A stretch of DNA of 64,000 nt from Octopus vulgaris. Lineage: Eukaryota. The DNA is taken from contig OX597815.1 of NCBI GenBank assembly GCA_951406725.2, positions 177,568,001 through 177,632,000 of the forward strand, written 5' to 3'. Below, one piece after another: positions 39,061 to 51,483 of this stretch (the stretch's first letter is position 1; the number at the start of each line of letters is the position of its first letter). The notes beneath the pieces are model-generated. The model saw nothing but the letters and a program-made list of their open reading frames with translations, did not search any database and was not told where the DNA came from. Position numbers and translations under genes: made by a program.

Positions 39061-39344
39061 ATAATTCCAGTATTCTCTGTCATTTTTGATTATTTTGTTA
39101 TTTTTTCAACCGTTCTGATCATTTTGGCCGCCATGGGTTTTGCAGTAAATCACTAAATCATCCATAACTTTTGTATTATCCTCTCAAATTACATCAAACA
39201 ATAACAATTACTATTGTATTTATTGTCTGTGAAAATTATAGAATATAAAACTACTTTGATAAAAACTTATACTTACTTTTCTGACGAAAACAATGCCGTT
39301 CTGAACATTTTGGCCGCAATTGCATATATATATATTTGTGTGTG

Positions 39345-39455
39345 AGTGTTTGTGTGTCATTGTTTGTCCGTCCAACATCGCTTGACAACCGATGATGGTG
39401 TGTCCAGCATGGCCGCAGTCATATGACTGAAAACAGTAAAAGAGTAAAAAGAGAA
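39345..39455 (+). mobile_element. SINE family B remnant, internally deleted
   Basis: cgcttgacaaccgatg...ccagcatggccgcagtc...gactgaaa. Confidence 0.6.
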
Positions 39456-39458
39456 AAG

Positions 39459-39529
<71 letters not shown>

Positions 39530-39954
39530 TAGATATATACATATATATAAATATGGGGGGGGTTTGTATAAATATATATATATTTAGATGTGTGTGTGTG
39601 TGTGTATTGAATAAAAGGAGGCAGTCAAAATTTTAGATAATTCTTTAACAGCGCTTTCGTTGGTTTATCAAGCTCGTCATGACATAATCAAAAGGAAATG
39701 GTAAAAGCAGGACGAGTTATTGTTCATTTATGTGAATCGGATGCGTTTTGGCTTTGTTTAGAGAAAATGTTTTTTTTTAAAGGAGGGTCAGAGAGAAACA
39801 AAAACAAAGAGGGATGAAATAAAAATAAATAGAGCTTTCAGGACAATCATAGAAGAGGAAATTAATAATAAAGTCCGTGGAAATGATAGATAGGTAGATA
39901 GGAAGACACACAGGCAGACAGAACGACAGATAGACAGATAGACAGATAGATAGT

Positions 39955-40018
<64 letters not shown>

Positions 40019-41318
40019 TAACTAGAGAGGTTTCGTTCCAATTTGATGTGGCTAATTCATCGAAATTTCATTACAAAGCATTTCCTTTTTTCCTTTTTTC
40101 CTTCCCATTTTATACCTATCAACATACTTGTAAGTAAACACGTTCCCTCACCAGGGCTGGTGAGCGTTCAAAATGTCAACTTTAAGAAGTAAAATGGGAA
40201 GGATAAGAAAAGAAGGTAGTGTGTGGTCATCACTAAAAAATGAAAAAGAGTTCAAAGTTCAAAATCCTATGAATACGTATATTCCTTTACACTTGTTTAG
40301 TCAAATCCCATATTCTGTGTAATTTTATGTTTTGCATGAACAAACATTAAATATTAGTTCAATATTCATAAATCTGGAAAATAAACGCAGAATATAAAAA
40401 ATAACTTTGTAATATTTATAATTCAATCTATTCTCTATTTACAATTAATCAAACATCATAAATGAGCTTTGTATTAATATGTAATGATATATTGTATATA
40501 TAGCTGGAAGCTATATATACAAGCTGTATATAACTTATATAATAAAACAGGGACCGCTTAAATATATTTTTAGTACCATCCTATTGTAGCATTTATTTCT
40601 TTTTTCATTTTCTTGCTTGGATAAGATAATCCAAAATAGATTATTTTCTTGAATTACAAAAGATGAAGCAGTCTTCGAGGAAACATTTCCACTTCTTAAT
40701 GACGTTTTTCTTAGAATCCTGATTAAAAATTTTCTCTACTTCCTCGTAAAGCTTTTCTTCCAAGTATCCCATGACTAATTTAACATATAAGGGTGGAAAC
40801 TGCGTCCCCATTGCCGTGCCCTTTACTGTCGATATTTTCTATTATCGAATTGAAAGGTACTCTCTCTTAGTACCAGGCGTGTGTCTTTGGTGACGAAGTC
40901 AGTTTTGAAGGATTCATTTATCCATTCTCTATGTTTCTCTACCCAGAGTTTGACTGCTTCCAGGACCAAAGTGCGAGATATATTGGTATAAAGATAGGTT
41001 AGTCACAGCTTGTAAATATAGTACAGCCTGGGATAGTGGGTGGAATGTGCTGGAGGAAATCTATTCCATCCCGTATGTAGCAGAATTTTACAGTTGCATA
41101 AATAATCTTTCCCTTTGCCCGTGGATGAATATTTGTATAGTTCTATATTTAAGAGATGAAGAATTATGAGCAATATTTACATTATTTACATTTGACGGAT
41201 ATTTGTCCTCCTCTTGTTTGTTGTTAACACAACGATTCGGCTGATATACCCTCCAGCCTTCATCAGGTGTCTTGAGGAAATTTCGAACCTGGGTTCTCAT
41301 TCCTAATGTATTTTTCAA

Positions 41319-41656
<338 letters not shown>

Positions 41657-41838
41657 CGTCACTGCCTGGAATATGCACGTGGGCATATGGGGTAGTGGTT
41701 AAGAGCGCGGGCTTTTAACCCCAAGATTCCCATTTCGATTCTAGGCAGTGAACTGAAAAACAATAATAATAATAATAACAGCAACAACATCAAAAAATAT
41801 CTTCGGAATGAGAACCCAGGTTCGAAATTTCCCCAAGA

Positions 41839-41880
41839 CACCTGATGAAGGCTGGAGGATATATCAGCCGAAACGTTGTG
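41839..41880 (+). ncRNA. Minimal type I hammerhead ribozyme
   Basis: CAC-CTGATGA-A-GGCTG...CAGCC-GAAA-CG-TT-GTG; the mirror copy at 41227-41270 (-) has GAAT. Confidence 0.75.
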
Positions 41881-42487
41881 CTGACAACAAACAAGATGAG
41901 GACAAATATCTATCAAATGTAAATAATGTGAATATTAGTATTCATTAATTAGTGTCTTGATTTTAATTATCATTGCTTTTTCCGGATATCTAGGTTCTTC
42001 CTTGTAGTAGGTTTGGCCTGTTAGAATTTCCAATATATTATCTTTACAGTAGATTTTGTCTATGATTACCATCGCCCCTCCTTTATCGACTTCTTTTAGG
42101 ATATTTGAATTGTTATCCCTCAGTGTTGGTAAAGCTTCCTTTACGGAACATGGGTCTTGACTATTCAAGTGTAAAAGAAGACACATACGATTTTCAACTT
42201 TCAACTCTTTTTTTTATTTTCTAGTAATGACTGCTCTCTCCAGTTTTTTCCTCACTTTCCCGTCCTGCTTCGTAAAATTGACATCTTCAAAAGTCACCAG
42301 TTGATTGGTAGACAATGGGAAGAAAAAATGAAAGAAAGGAGAAACGAAAAATGCTTTGTAATGAAATTTCAATGAACTGTCCACATCAAATTGAAAAGAA
42401 ACTTCTCTCTCTCCTTATCTCTCTCTCTCTCTATCTCTCTATATATATATATATATATATATACATCCATCTATCTTTCAATCTGTG

Positions 42488-42562
<75 letters not shown>

Positions 42563-42710
42563 ATGTCTGTCTATCTATCTATCTGTCTATCTATCTATCT
42601 GTCTATCTATCTATCTATCTATATATCTGTCTATCTATCTAGCCTTTCCCCATCCTTTATTATTTTTTCCTTTTTGACTGTCCTGTAAACTCTCACTCGG
42701 TCTACTCCCC

Positions 42711-42749
<39 letters not shown>

Positions 42750-43738
42750 TATATATATATATATATATACATATATAAAAATGTATGCATGGATATATGA
42801 CTATATATATTTATATGAGTTCGTGGGTGTATACGTATGTATATAGTAACTTTCTAGTAATTCTCTAGTACATCTTAATTGAAGGATATCTTTACACTAG
42901 AGATGAATATTAGATTGTTTAATGGGGTATGGGTGATATATTGCGTGACTAAGTACAATGTTCTGAGCTTGTTATGTCTAGAATTCGTACAGACAAGTTT
43001 ATGTCTTTGAAATTCAGTGGAGTCAGGCAAATGTCTATTTTTTCATAATTAAAATAACTGCATTTTTTAGCTGCTGAGTCATTCAACACTATGTATCTTT
43101 CTTTGAAGAGTATCTTCAAATCAATACACTTATGTATATGTCATAAAAAATATGGTAATTAAAAATAAGTTAGAGCTTGTTTTACGCTTATTCACCGAAA
43201 ATGTTTTTTTGTTATGCATTGGCAATTACTATTTGAATCACCAGTTTTAAATGAAAATATTTACAGGATTATGCCTGTTAACTTTGAAAAATTAATGGGT
43301 TTATAGCACTACAAGTTTTCTGATCGACATTATATAGGTAAAACAAAACACTTTGATCCTATAAAAAGAAGTGGGTTTCCGTGCACAAGACATACAGGAA
43401 GATGACTTACGACGAGCTTCGAGAGAAATTCGAAAAACTAGTTTAAGTCTTGTATTATCTGGATGGTATTTCTTATAAATACTAGTATTCAGTTTTCACA
43501 CAGAAATTTGATTATGTATGAAAGTATAAAGAGGTTTGTACACACATACAATTCATACATACAATTTAAATAGCTGCACATGCACACATGCACTCACAGA
43601 CGCGTACTAAATATGTATGTGAACGCGTATATATATATATATATATAAATTAATAATAAAATATTAGGGAACAAATCCAAACTTACAGGGAAAAATCAGA
43701 TTTAGGATTAAATCCAATTTTATAGTAAAATATTATAT

Positions 43739-44182
43739 TATATTAAATTAGAGATAAAACCACTATTAGGCAAATCAAACAATGAAAAACATAAGCCAAT
43801 ACATAAAATTAATTAATTTATATTATTTTAAATATATATCAAAAGTATTAAAATTTTAATAAAAGATAATGAGTAAAACACTATGATCGTTTCATGGCTG
43901 TTCAATTCGTAATAATTCGAGTTATGGTTACAGTCAATCTTCAGGTAATCGAAATATTTATCTTAGCGAGGTTTAACAATGTTAATTTCAATTACCTGAA
44001 GATTGACTATAACCATAACTCGAATTGGACAGCCATGAAACTATCGTAGTGTTTTACTCATTATCTTTTATTAAACTTTTAATACTTTTGATATATATTT
44101 AAAATAATATAAATTGATTAATTTTATGTATTGGCTTATGTTTTTCATTGTTTGATTTGCCTAATAGTGGTTTTATCTCTAA

Positions 44183-44190
<8 letters not shown>
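43739..44190. repeat. ~210-bp-arm inverted repeat with an HHR-like motif in each arm
   Basis: Arms ~43739-43955 and ~43985-44190; TAC-CTGAAGA-TTGACT...CAGCCAT-GAAA-CTATC-GTA at 43993-44048; mirror at 43882-43947. Confidence 0.75.
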
Positions 44191-44237
<47 letters not shown>

Positions 44238-45480
44238 GCATGTGTAGATAGATAGAAATATGCGAACATTTATAGGTAGACTGATAGATATGTTAGATAC
44301 GCATATTGGGGGGCGTTGACGAACACAAAAGAGTTGTTCATACCTGTGTGATTGTGTGTGTATGTGTGCGTGTGTCCGTGTGTGTGCGTGTATGAGCGTG
44401 CGCATCATATCTGTGAAGGAAAGAACACGTATTTTACGGCCCCCGTATTGGAATACATATGATATTCAGGATTTCCAAAGTTATAATAGCTTTCACGTAT
44501 TTTTTTTTAGTAGCAATGTTTAGCGCAGCAAGCTTTTCTCTTAATATAATAGCATGCAAAAGCGAACGCGCTACCTTTTATGTGTTTTATACATTCGCTG
44601 AGATGCTTAAAATATGGCTGCGCATTTAGCAAGTGATATATTTTGTATGGAATTTGTTATTTTCATACGTTTTTAATACTCCATACTTAAAAAAGAAAAC
44701 GATTTTGCATTCAGAATCGTATATGAAAATTAACAATGAATATAATCTGAATTACTTTCAAAAAAGAAAAAAAAGAAAATGTACTCTACGATTCCCCAAA
44801 AAATAAAATATATGAAATAAAAAGAACAAGAAATAGAGGAAAGTATTATCGTTAAACTGATTTACAAACAAGAATTTTGAATTAAAAGACGTGGGATTGG
44901 CTGCAGTTTTACTTGTTACGATAATATTTTAAAGGAAAAAAACACAGAAATGAATATAACTTCTTTTTTTAATGTTATTTAAAAATCTAGGGAGAAATGG
45001 ATGTATTGTTGCCTAGACGTCTTCATTGGAAAACAAAGAGTCAAAAAACATTAGTAATTTAAGACGATAAGTAGCTTAGATTTAAAATATTTTCGTTTAA
45101 TCACTGATTATATATATGCATATAAGTGTAAGGATATGTTTATATATATATATATATATATATGTATATTATTGATATATTGATATCCGTAACTATATAC
45201 ACGTGAACACATGAATAGATGAATAAGTAAGTCGATATATAAATGCATGTACATATATTACACACTCAAACAAATACCGACTAACACAGATTTGCGTACA
45301 CAGAAGCACTCGCATACATTTAGGTATACGATCACACATATATAGACATACACTCATACATACATACATGCATATATATATATTTTATACATATATATAT
45401 ATATATATATATATTTCTACCCACACATACATACAACCATATATATATATATATATTTCTACCCACACATACATACAACC

Positions 45481-45511
<31 letters not shown>

Positions 45512-45575
45512 CATTTACATATATATGCCTACACGCATACGTACAACCATATATATATATATATATATATATTAT

Positions 45576-45918
<343 letters not shown>

Positions 45919-46496
45919 TACAAGTCACTCGTCCACTTGTTTCTGCTGCTGTTACGTCTTTCCCTATCGCTGAGTTGCCTAGATGTTTCCCTATTTGTTC
46001 AGGGGTAAACGCAATTCAATTGCATAGTAATCCATTCTACTAATAGCACAGGGCTTGAAACTGGAATTCATTACATCGACCCCTGTACAGAATCGGTACT
46101 TCTTTCAATTTCATCGAAACCAAAACGCTAAATTTTTGCCAAGCACCGCCTTAGGTACATACGTAATGATAATAATATAGATGCAAGTTTTCTCCCTATA
46201 AAATGGCCTCCATCTCTAGGCCAATGATTATTGCCTGGCACACATCCAGCCAAGGATTTCTTGTCACTTTTCAGGCTATTCGGATAAAGAGAGAAAGATA
46301 TGTTTAGTACATGCTCACCATGACAGATCGCTAGGCACTAAACCATTTTTTATTTTCTCTCTGTAAATAGAAATGATCTTTCTCAGAATTTATTTAGTAG
46401 AATGTAAATTGCCAACGTTCATATCTACTTTAAACTAAGTGCTACAAAACTTAGGATGAAATATTGTGGTCATATTCAATATGTGTGTGTTTGTGC

Positions 46497-46532
<36 letters not shown>

Positions 46533-46625
46533 GTATGTATGTATAAACATATGCATACATAATATAATAATATAAACAATATATAAATATACGCATATAT
46601 ACATACATATATGTACATACCAATA

Positions 46626-46675
<50 letters not shown>

Positions 46676-46818
46676 CATACATGCATATATATGTACAGGA
46701 CATCAAAACAAATGTGAACAAAATGAGAAACGAGAAAATAAATACTAAAACATGAAAAACGAACTTTTTTTAAACAACGAAAGAAACAAATAGAGAAAGG
46801 AGGCAGGCAACACAAAGA

Positions 46819-46899
46819 ACATTCACTTCATCTATTGTCCGCTATTTTATCTACTCCGTGTTTCGAACGTAGGGACAAGACGCGATTTCGTTAAAGCAG
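46819..46899 (-). ncRNA. Permuted hammerhead homolog with decayed core
   Basis: Minus strand CGCG-TC-TTGTCC-ct-ACGTTC-GAAA-CACG...GGACAA-TAGATGA-A-gt-GAATGT. Confidence 0.5.
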
Positions 46900-47164
46900 T
46901 CGTTATACATAATTGTGCTGACATTGTTTAGGCAAAGATACAAGCTACACACGATATATATACTAAATATCTTGTCAAGATACACTCGTAGCAGATACAC
47001 ATCTAGAGTTTTTTTGTAATAAATGTCTTATTAACAGTCATACACATGGATCTTACTTGCTCAAATATTCTTGTAGTACGTGAACATATATGCATTTATG
47101 CAGATAAACAAACTAAATGTAACAGCTTTGCTTTGCTTTACAAAATCATAACATAGACATATAT

Positions 47165-47693
47165 ACAACGAGGAGGGAACCAGGCTGCTGGAGTTCTGCG
47201 ATGCGAATAGTCTTATGGTTTGCAACACTAACTTCAGGAAACCTACCAGCCACCTAGTCACCTAACGATCGGGCCGACATACTAGCCAAATCGACTACAT
47301 CTTTGCCAGAAAAATGGATAGATGGCTGCTTATAAATGCCAAAACTTTCCCAGGCGAAGAATGTACCCCACAACATAGACTGGTAGTTGGTGACTTTAGG
47401 ATCAGGACTAAGAGGACGACCAGAAGACGACCAACATGGAAAGAAGAAGGATCTGAAAGCTTAAAGATCCTGCGAATGGACAGAGATTTAGGGACATATA
47501 ACTTGAAGCCTTTGGCGAAATACAAGGGGATATAGCTTCACATGGGGTAGAAGACAACTGGAGGTATCTAAGGGACAACCTGCTGAGAGCCACTGACCAG
47601 ATCTGTGGTTGGTGCAAAGTCCCCTCAAGACCCAAAATAACGTGGTGGTGGAACAATATTGTTGACAGGGCTATTAGACAAAAGAAACAGGCT

Positions 47694-47694
<1 letters not shown>
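47165..47694 (+). pseudogene. RTE-clade LINE endonuclease-region fragment
   Basis: NEEGTRLLEFC...NTNFRK...SQIDY...PGEECTPQHRLVV motifs of the APE domain C-terminus. Confidence 0.85.
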
Positions 47695-47768
<74 letters not shown>

Positions 47769-48053
47769 GTATAATTAATTAATAAGGGTGAGAGAATTAG
47801 ATACTAATTTAATAGTATCTCTATTCTACACCAAGTGGCCTAGTGCTCCGAGAAACCTGGATTATTATAATATTTTATAATATATTATAATATTTTTACA
47901 AAATAAATATAAGAGAGTGGTCACTATATGGCTCACTCTAGCACCAGTTAATCCAAAAGGTTTCAACCACAAAAATACATGCTTCCCATGAAAGCCAGTA
48001 CGATTGTTAGCTCACACGGACAGGGCAAATAAAAAATAACAAAATACAGATTA

Positions 48054-48135
48054 TTTTGGGACAATTGTTTCGCTATTAATGAATTAAATGTAATTTTACT
48101 TACAATAAAATCCACTTGTAGCTCTTCAGCCAAAA
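48054..48135 (-). ncRNA. Type I hammerhead ribozyme
   Basis: Reverse complement of the 48886-48967 motif. Confidence 0.85.
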
Positions 48136-48587
48136 CTATCTGGATGAAATCCACTCAATCACACGCCAGATTTTACCATAACGATAAATACGCGTGTGGT
48201 TCAATTGATTACATCCGACGTTATAATTCAAATGCCCCAACTAACAGCGCGCCAAACTTTCACGGAAAACAAATACAGCATTTAGAAATAAATGCAGCAT
48301 AATTATAATTAATTAATAAGGGTGAGAGAATTAGATACTAATTTAATAGTATATCTATTCTACACCAAGTGGCCTAGTGCTCCGAGAAACCTGGATTATT
48401 ATAATATTTTATAATATATTATAATATTTTTACAAAATAAATATAAGAGAGTGGTCACTATATGGCTCACTCTAGCACCAGTTAATCCAAAAGGTTTCAA
48501 CCACAAAAATACATGCTTCCCATGAAAGCCAGTACGATTGTTAGCTCACACGGACAGGGCAAATAAAAAATAACAAAATACAGATTA

Positions 48588-48669
48588 TTTTGGGACAATT
48601 GTTTCGCTATTAATGAATTAAATGTAATTTTACTTACAATAAAATCCACTTGTAGCTCTTCAGCCAAAA
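48588..48669 (-). ncRNA. Type I hammerhead ribozyme
   Basis: Reverse complement of the 48886-48967 motif. Confidence 0.85.
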
Positions 48670-48885
48670 CTATCTGGATGAAATCCACTCAATCACACGC
48701 CAGATTTTACCATAACGATAAATACGCGTGTGGTTCAATTGATTACATCCGACGTTATAATTCAAATGCCCCAACTAACAGCGCGCCAAACTTTCACGGA
48801 AGTCGGATGTAATCAATTGAACCACACGCGTATTTATCGTTATGGTAAAATCTGGCGTGTGATTGAGTGGATTTCATCCAGATAG

Positions 48886-48967
48886 TTTTGGCTGAAGAGC
48901 TACAAGTGGATTTTATTGTAAGTAAAATTACATTTAATTCATTAATAGCGAAACAATTGTCCCAAAA
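48886..48967 (+). ncRNA. Type I hammerhead ribozyme
   Basis: TTTTGG-CTGAAGA-GCTA...TAGC-GAAA-CAATTG-TC-CCAAAA; predicted GUC cleavage after 48961. Confidence 0.85.
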
Positions 48968-49419
48968 TAATCTGTATTTTGTTATTTTTTATTTGCCCTG
49001 TCCGTGTGAGCTAACAATCGTACTGGCTTTCATGGGAAGCATGTATTTTTGTGGTTGAAACCTTTTGGATTAACTGGTGCTAGAGTGAGCCATATAGTGA
49101 CCACTCTCTTATATTTATTTTGTAAAAATATTATAATATATTATAAAATATTATAATAATCCAGGTTTCTCGGAGCACTAGGCCACTTGGTGTAGAATAG
49201 ATATACTATTAAATTAGTATCTAATTCTCTCACCCTTATTAATTAATTATAATTATGCTGCATTTATTTCTAAATGCTGTATTTGTTTTCCGTGAAAGTT
49301 TGGCGCGCTGTTAGTTGGGGCATTTGAATTATAACGTCGGATGTAATCAATTGAACCACACGCGTATTTATCGTTATGGTAAAATCTGGCGTGTGATTGA
49401 GTGGATTTCATCCAGATAG

Positions 49420-49501
49420 TTTTGGCTGAAGAGCTACAAGTGGATTTTATTGTAAGTAAAATTACATTTAATTCATTAATAGCGAAACAATTGTCCCAAA
49501 A
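49420..49501 (+). ncRNA. Type I hammerhead ribozyme
   Basis: Identical copy 534 nt downstream; predicted cleavage after 49495. Confidence 0.85.
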
Positions 49502-49663
49502 TAATCTGTATTTTGTTATTTTTTATTTGCCCTGTCCGTGTGAGCTAACAATCGTACTGGCTTTCATGGGAAGCATGTATTTTTGTGGTTGAAACCTTTT
49601 GGATTAACTGGTGCTAGAGTGAGCCATATAGTGACCACTCTCTTATATTTATTTTATATTATA

Positions 49664-49717
<54 letters not shown>

Positions 49718-49887
49718 CATGTATATGTGTGTGTGTCTATGTATGTATGTATATATAAGAAACAATTGAGATTCAGTTCAATTAGGTACTCAGGATGTAG
49801 CACCAAGTGAGACCGGTATTATCCGCACAACTTGATGTAAGGTGAATAAAATCAAAATAAGCAATAGGATATGAAATAATGATGAAG

Positions 49888-49954
49888 TACAACCGTTTCA
49901 TGCGGCTCCATTTAACTAAACATCAATTTAAATATAGTCCCATCATCAGTTGAA
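49888..49954 (-). ncRNA. Degenerate type I hammerhead-like motif
   Basis: Minus strand TTCAA-CTGATGA-TGGGAC...GCCGCAT-GAAA-CGG-TTGTA; cleavage triplet is imperfect. Confidence 0.4.
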
Positions 49955-50229
49955 CAAATAAATAAATAAACATAACCCACAAGAGTAAACAAGGGAGACA
50001 GAAAGAAGCTGAAACAAGGAAAATGCCACTTGCATTTCAGTACTATGCAAATATTCTTTTAAAAACCCATTCTTTTAATTTTTCCAAAATTTAATTGTTT
50101 TCCATACTTACAGTTGAGAACGTCTCAATGACTGAAACCGGTACTGAATTTTTTAAAAAAATTATTTTAGCATTTTCTATCTTGACTTTTTTCTATATAT
50201 ATCATCTCGTGTGTTCCGTTTCAACCTTC

Positions 50230-50286
<57 letters not shown>

Positions 50287-50371
50287 AATCCAAAATTCGG
50301 AACAAAACGTAATGGACGACAGTGAAAACAAACCGAGATATGGACGGACAGGAAAACTAGGAAGAAACATT

Positions 50372-50450
50372 TGTGGCTTACTATTCATCAGTCAAGATTC
50401 CAATTATCACTACAGTTTCGGTCTGTTACACTTGGGACTGTTCAAAATTG
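50372..50450 (-). ncRNA. Permuted hammerhead from a second sequence family
   Basis: Minus strand CAATT..ACAG-TC-CCAAG-tgtaacagacc-GAAA-CTGT..AATTG..CTTGA-CTGATGA-atagtaagccaca; stem II decayed. Confidence 0.55.
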
Positions 50451-51450
50451 TTAGACCCCAAACATCTAAGCTAAGGGCATTAAATTTGGGGAAGAAAGCG
50501 GGCGATTATGTGCGAAAACACAGACAAAAAAAAAAGTGAGAAGACGGAGAAAATGTTACTGTGTGTGTCTGTACGTAGGAAAGAAATTTATTTTATTCCA
50601 TACGGGTAAAAATATAGGTAAAATACAAGTTGAAAATGCACTGAGAATAGTTAAATTTTTTTATCCTTATATTTTTGAGAATATATATCACACACACACA
50701 CTCAAACCCGCACACACACACACATGCACAAACATACAAACACACAGACTCACACACATCCCACGATAGAGAAACACACAGACAAATAAAGAATTGTATA
50801 TATAATGCGCGTGCACGCACAGAAACAACGCACACACACACACACATACAAACACACAAATGTATGAAGGAATGACCAAGTTTCATTTAGATCTTCCGGA
50901 ACTCATTAAGGATAAATATTGAAGGCGACATTGTCTTTGTTTTAGATGCACTCGGTGCCATTAATATTTTGTCTTTTATCGTTTTTGACATCTACAAACA
51001 CTGAAGCAAACAGTTTCATTCTCTGAAATCATAAATAAACCAGCCGCTTGTTTTAGCCGAATGGATACATGCTTCTGCCTGACGAATCACGTCTTATCGA
51101 AACAGAGGGTGGACAGAACTCCGTGCACTGAAGTGTCGAGAGTGTTTTCAATCCACTATCGTCATGAGAGGGTGGTGGTTTCTCCTGTAACGAATGTCCA
51201 AACTTGGACATGCTGTGGTATGTCCAACTTTGGCCAAATGCGTTTTTTTTTATATATATTTTTGTTTGCAATAGCCGGTTGTTTTCGCCAAACAATCGTA
51301 TCTCCGGCTGCTTCAGATGCCAAAATACCAAAAACTTTTCTAAATGTATTACAACGGTTTGCAACGGAATGGTGAAACTATTTTTTCGTTTTCTGAAACT
51401 GCAACGATTGGGACATACGACATTTCACGTAACAGAAACGATACATATAC

Positions 51451-51483
<33 letters not shown>

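Larger units (their letters stand above)
37305..39322 (+). mobile_element. Tc1-family transposon with ~220-bp IR/DR-type TIRs, interrupted by a SINE
   Basis: Outer and inner repeats ggcggcca(a/t)aatg(t/a)tcagaacgg at both ends; CAGT start; adjacent (TA)n. Confidence 0.92.
47771..49655. mobile_element. Retrozyme-like array: 534-bp tandem units plus an 854-bp inverted arm, inserted in (TA)n
   Basis: Units start at 47771 and 48305; arm 48802-49655 is the reverse complement of 47900-48753; 48-bp spacer; near-100% identity. Confidence 0.9.

Noticed and set aside
47963-49592. Four identical 63-aa ORFs (MDFIQIVLAEELQ...)
   Set aside because: GTG start, overlap with the hammerhead and no recognisable domain; the identity simply reflects the DNA repeat
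51075-51115. CTGACGA...GAAA hammerhead-like boxes
   Set aside because: No stem II, stem I or UH pairing; the sequence reads better as a decayed Tc1 DESR motif
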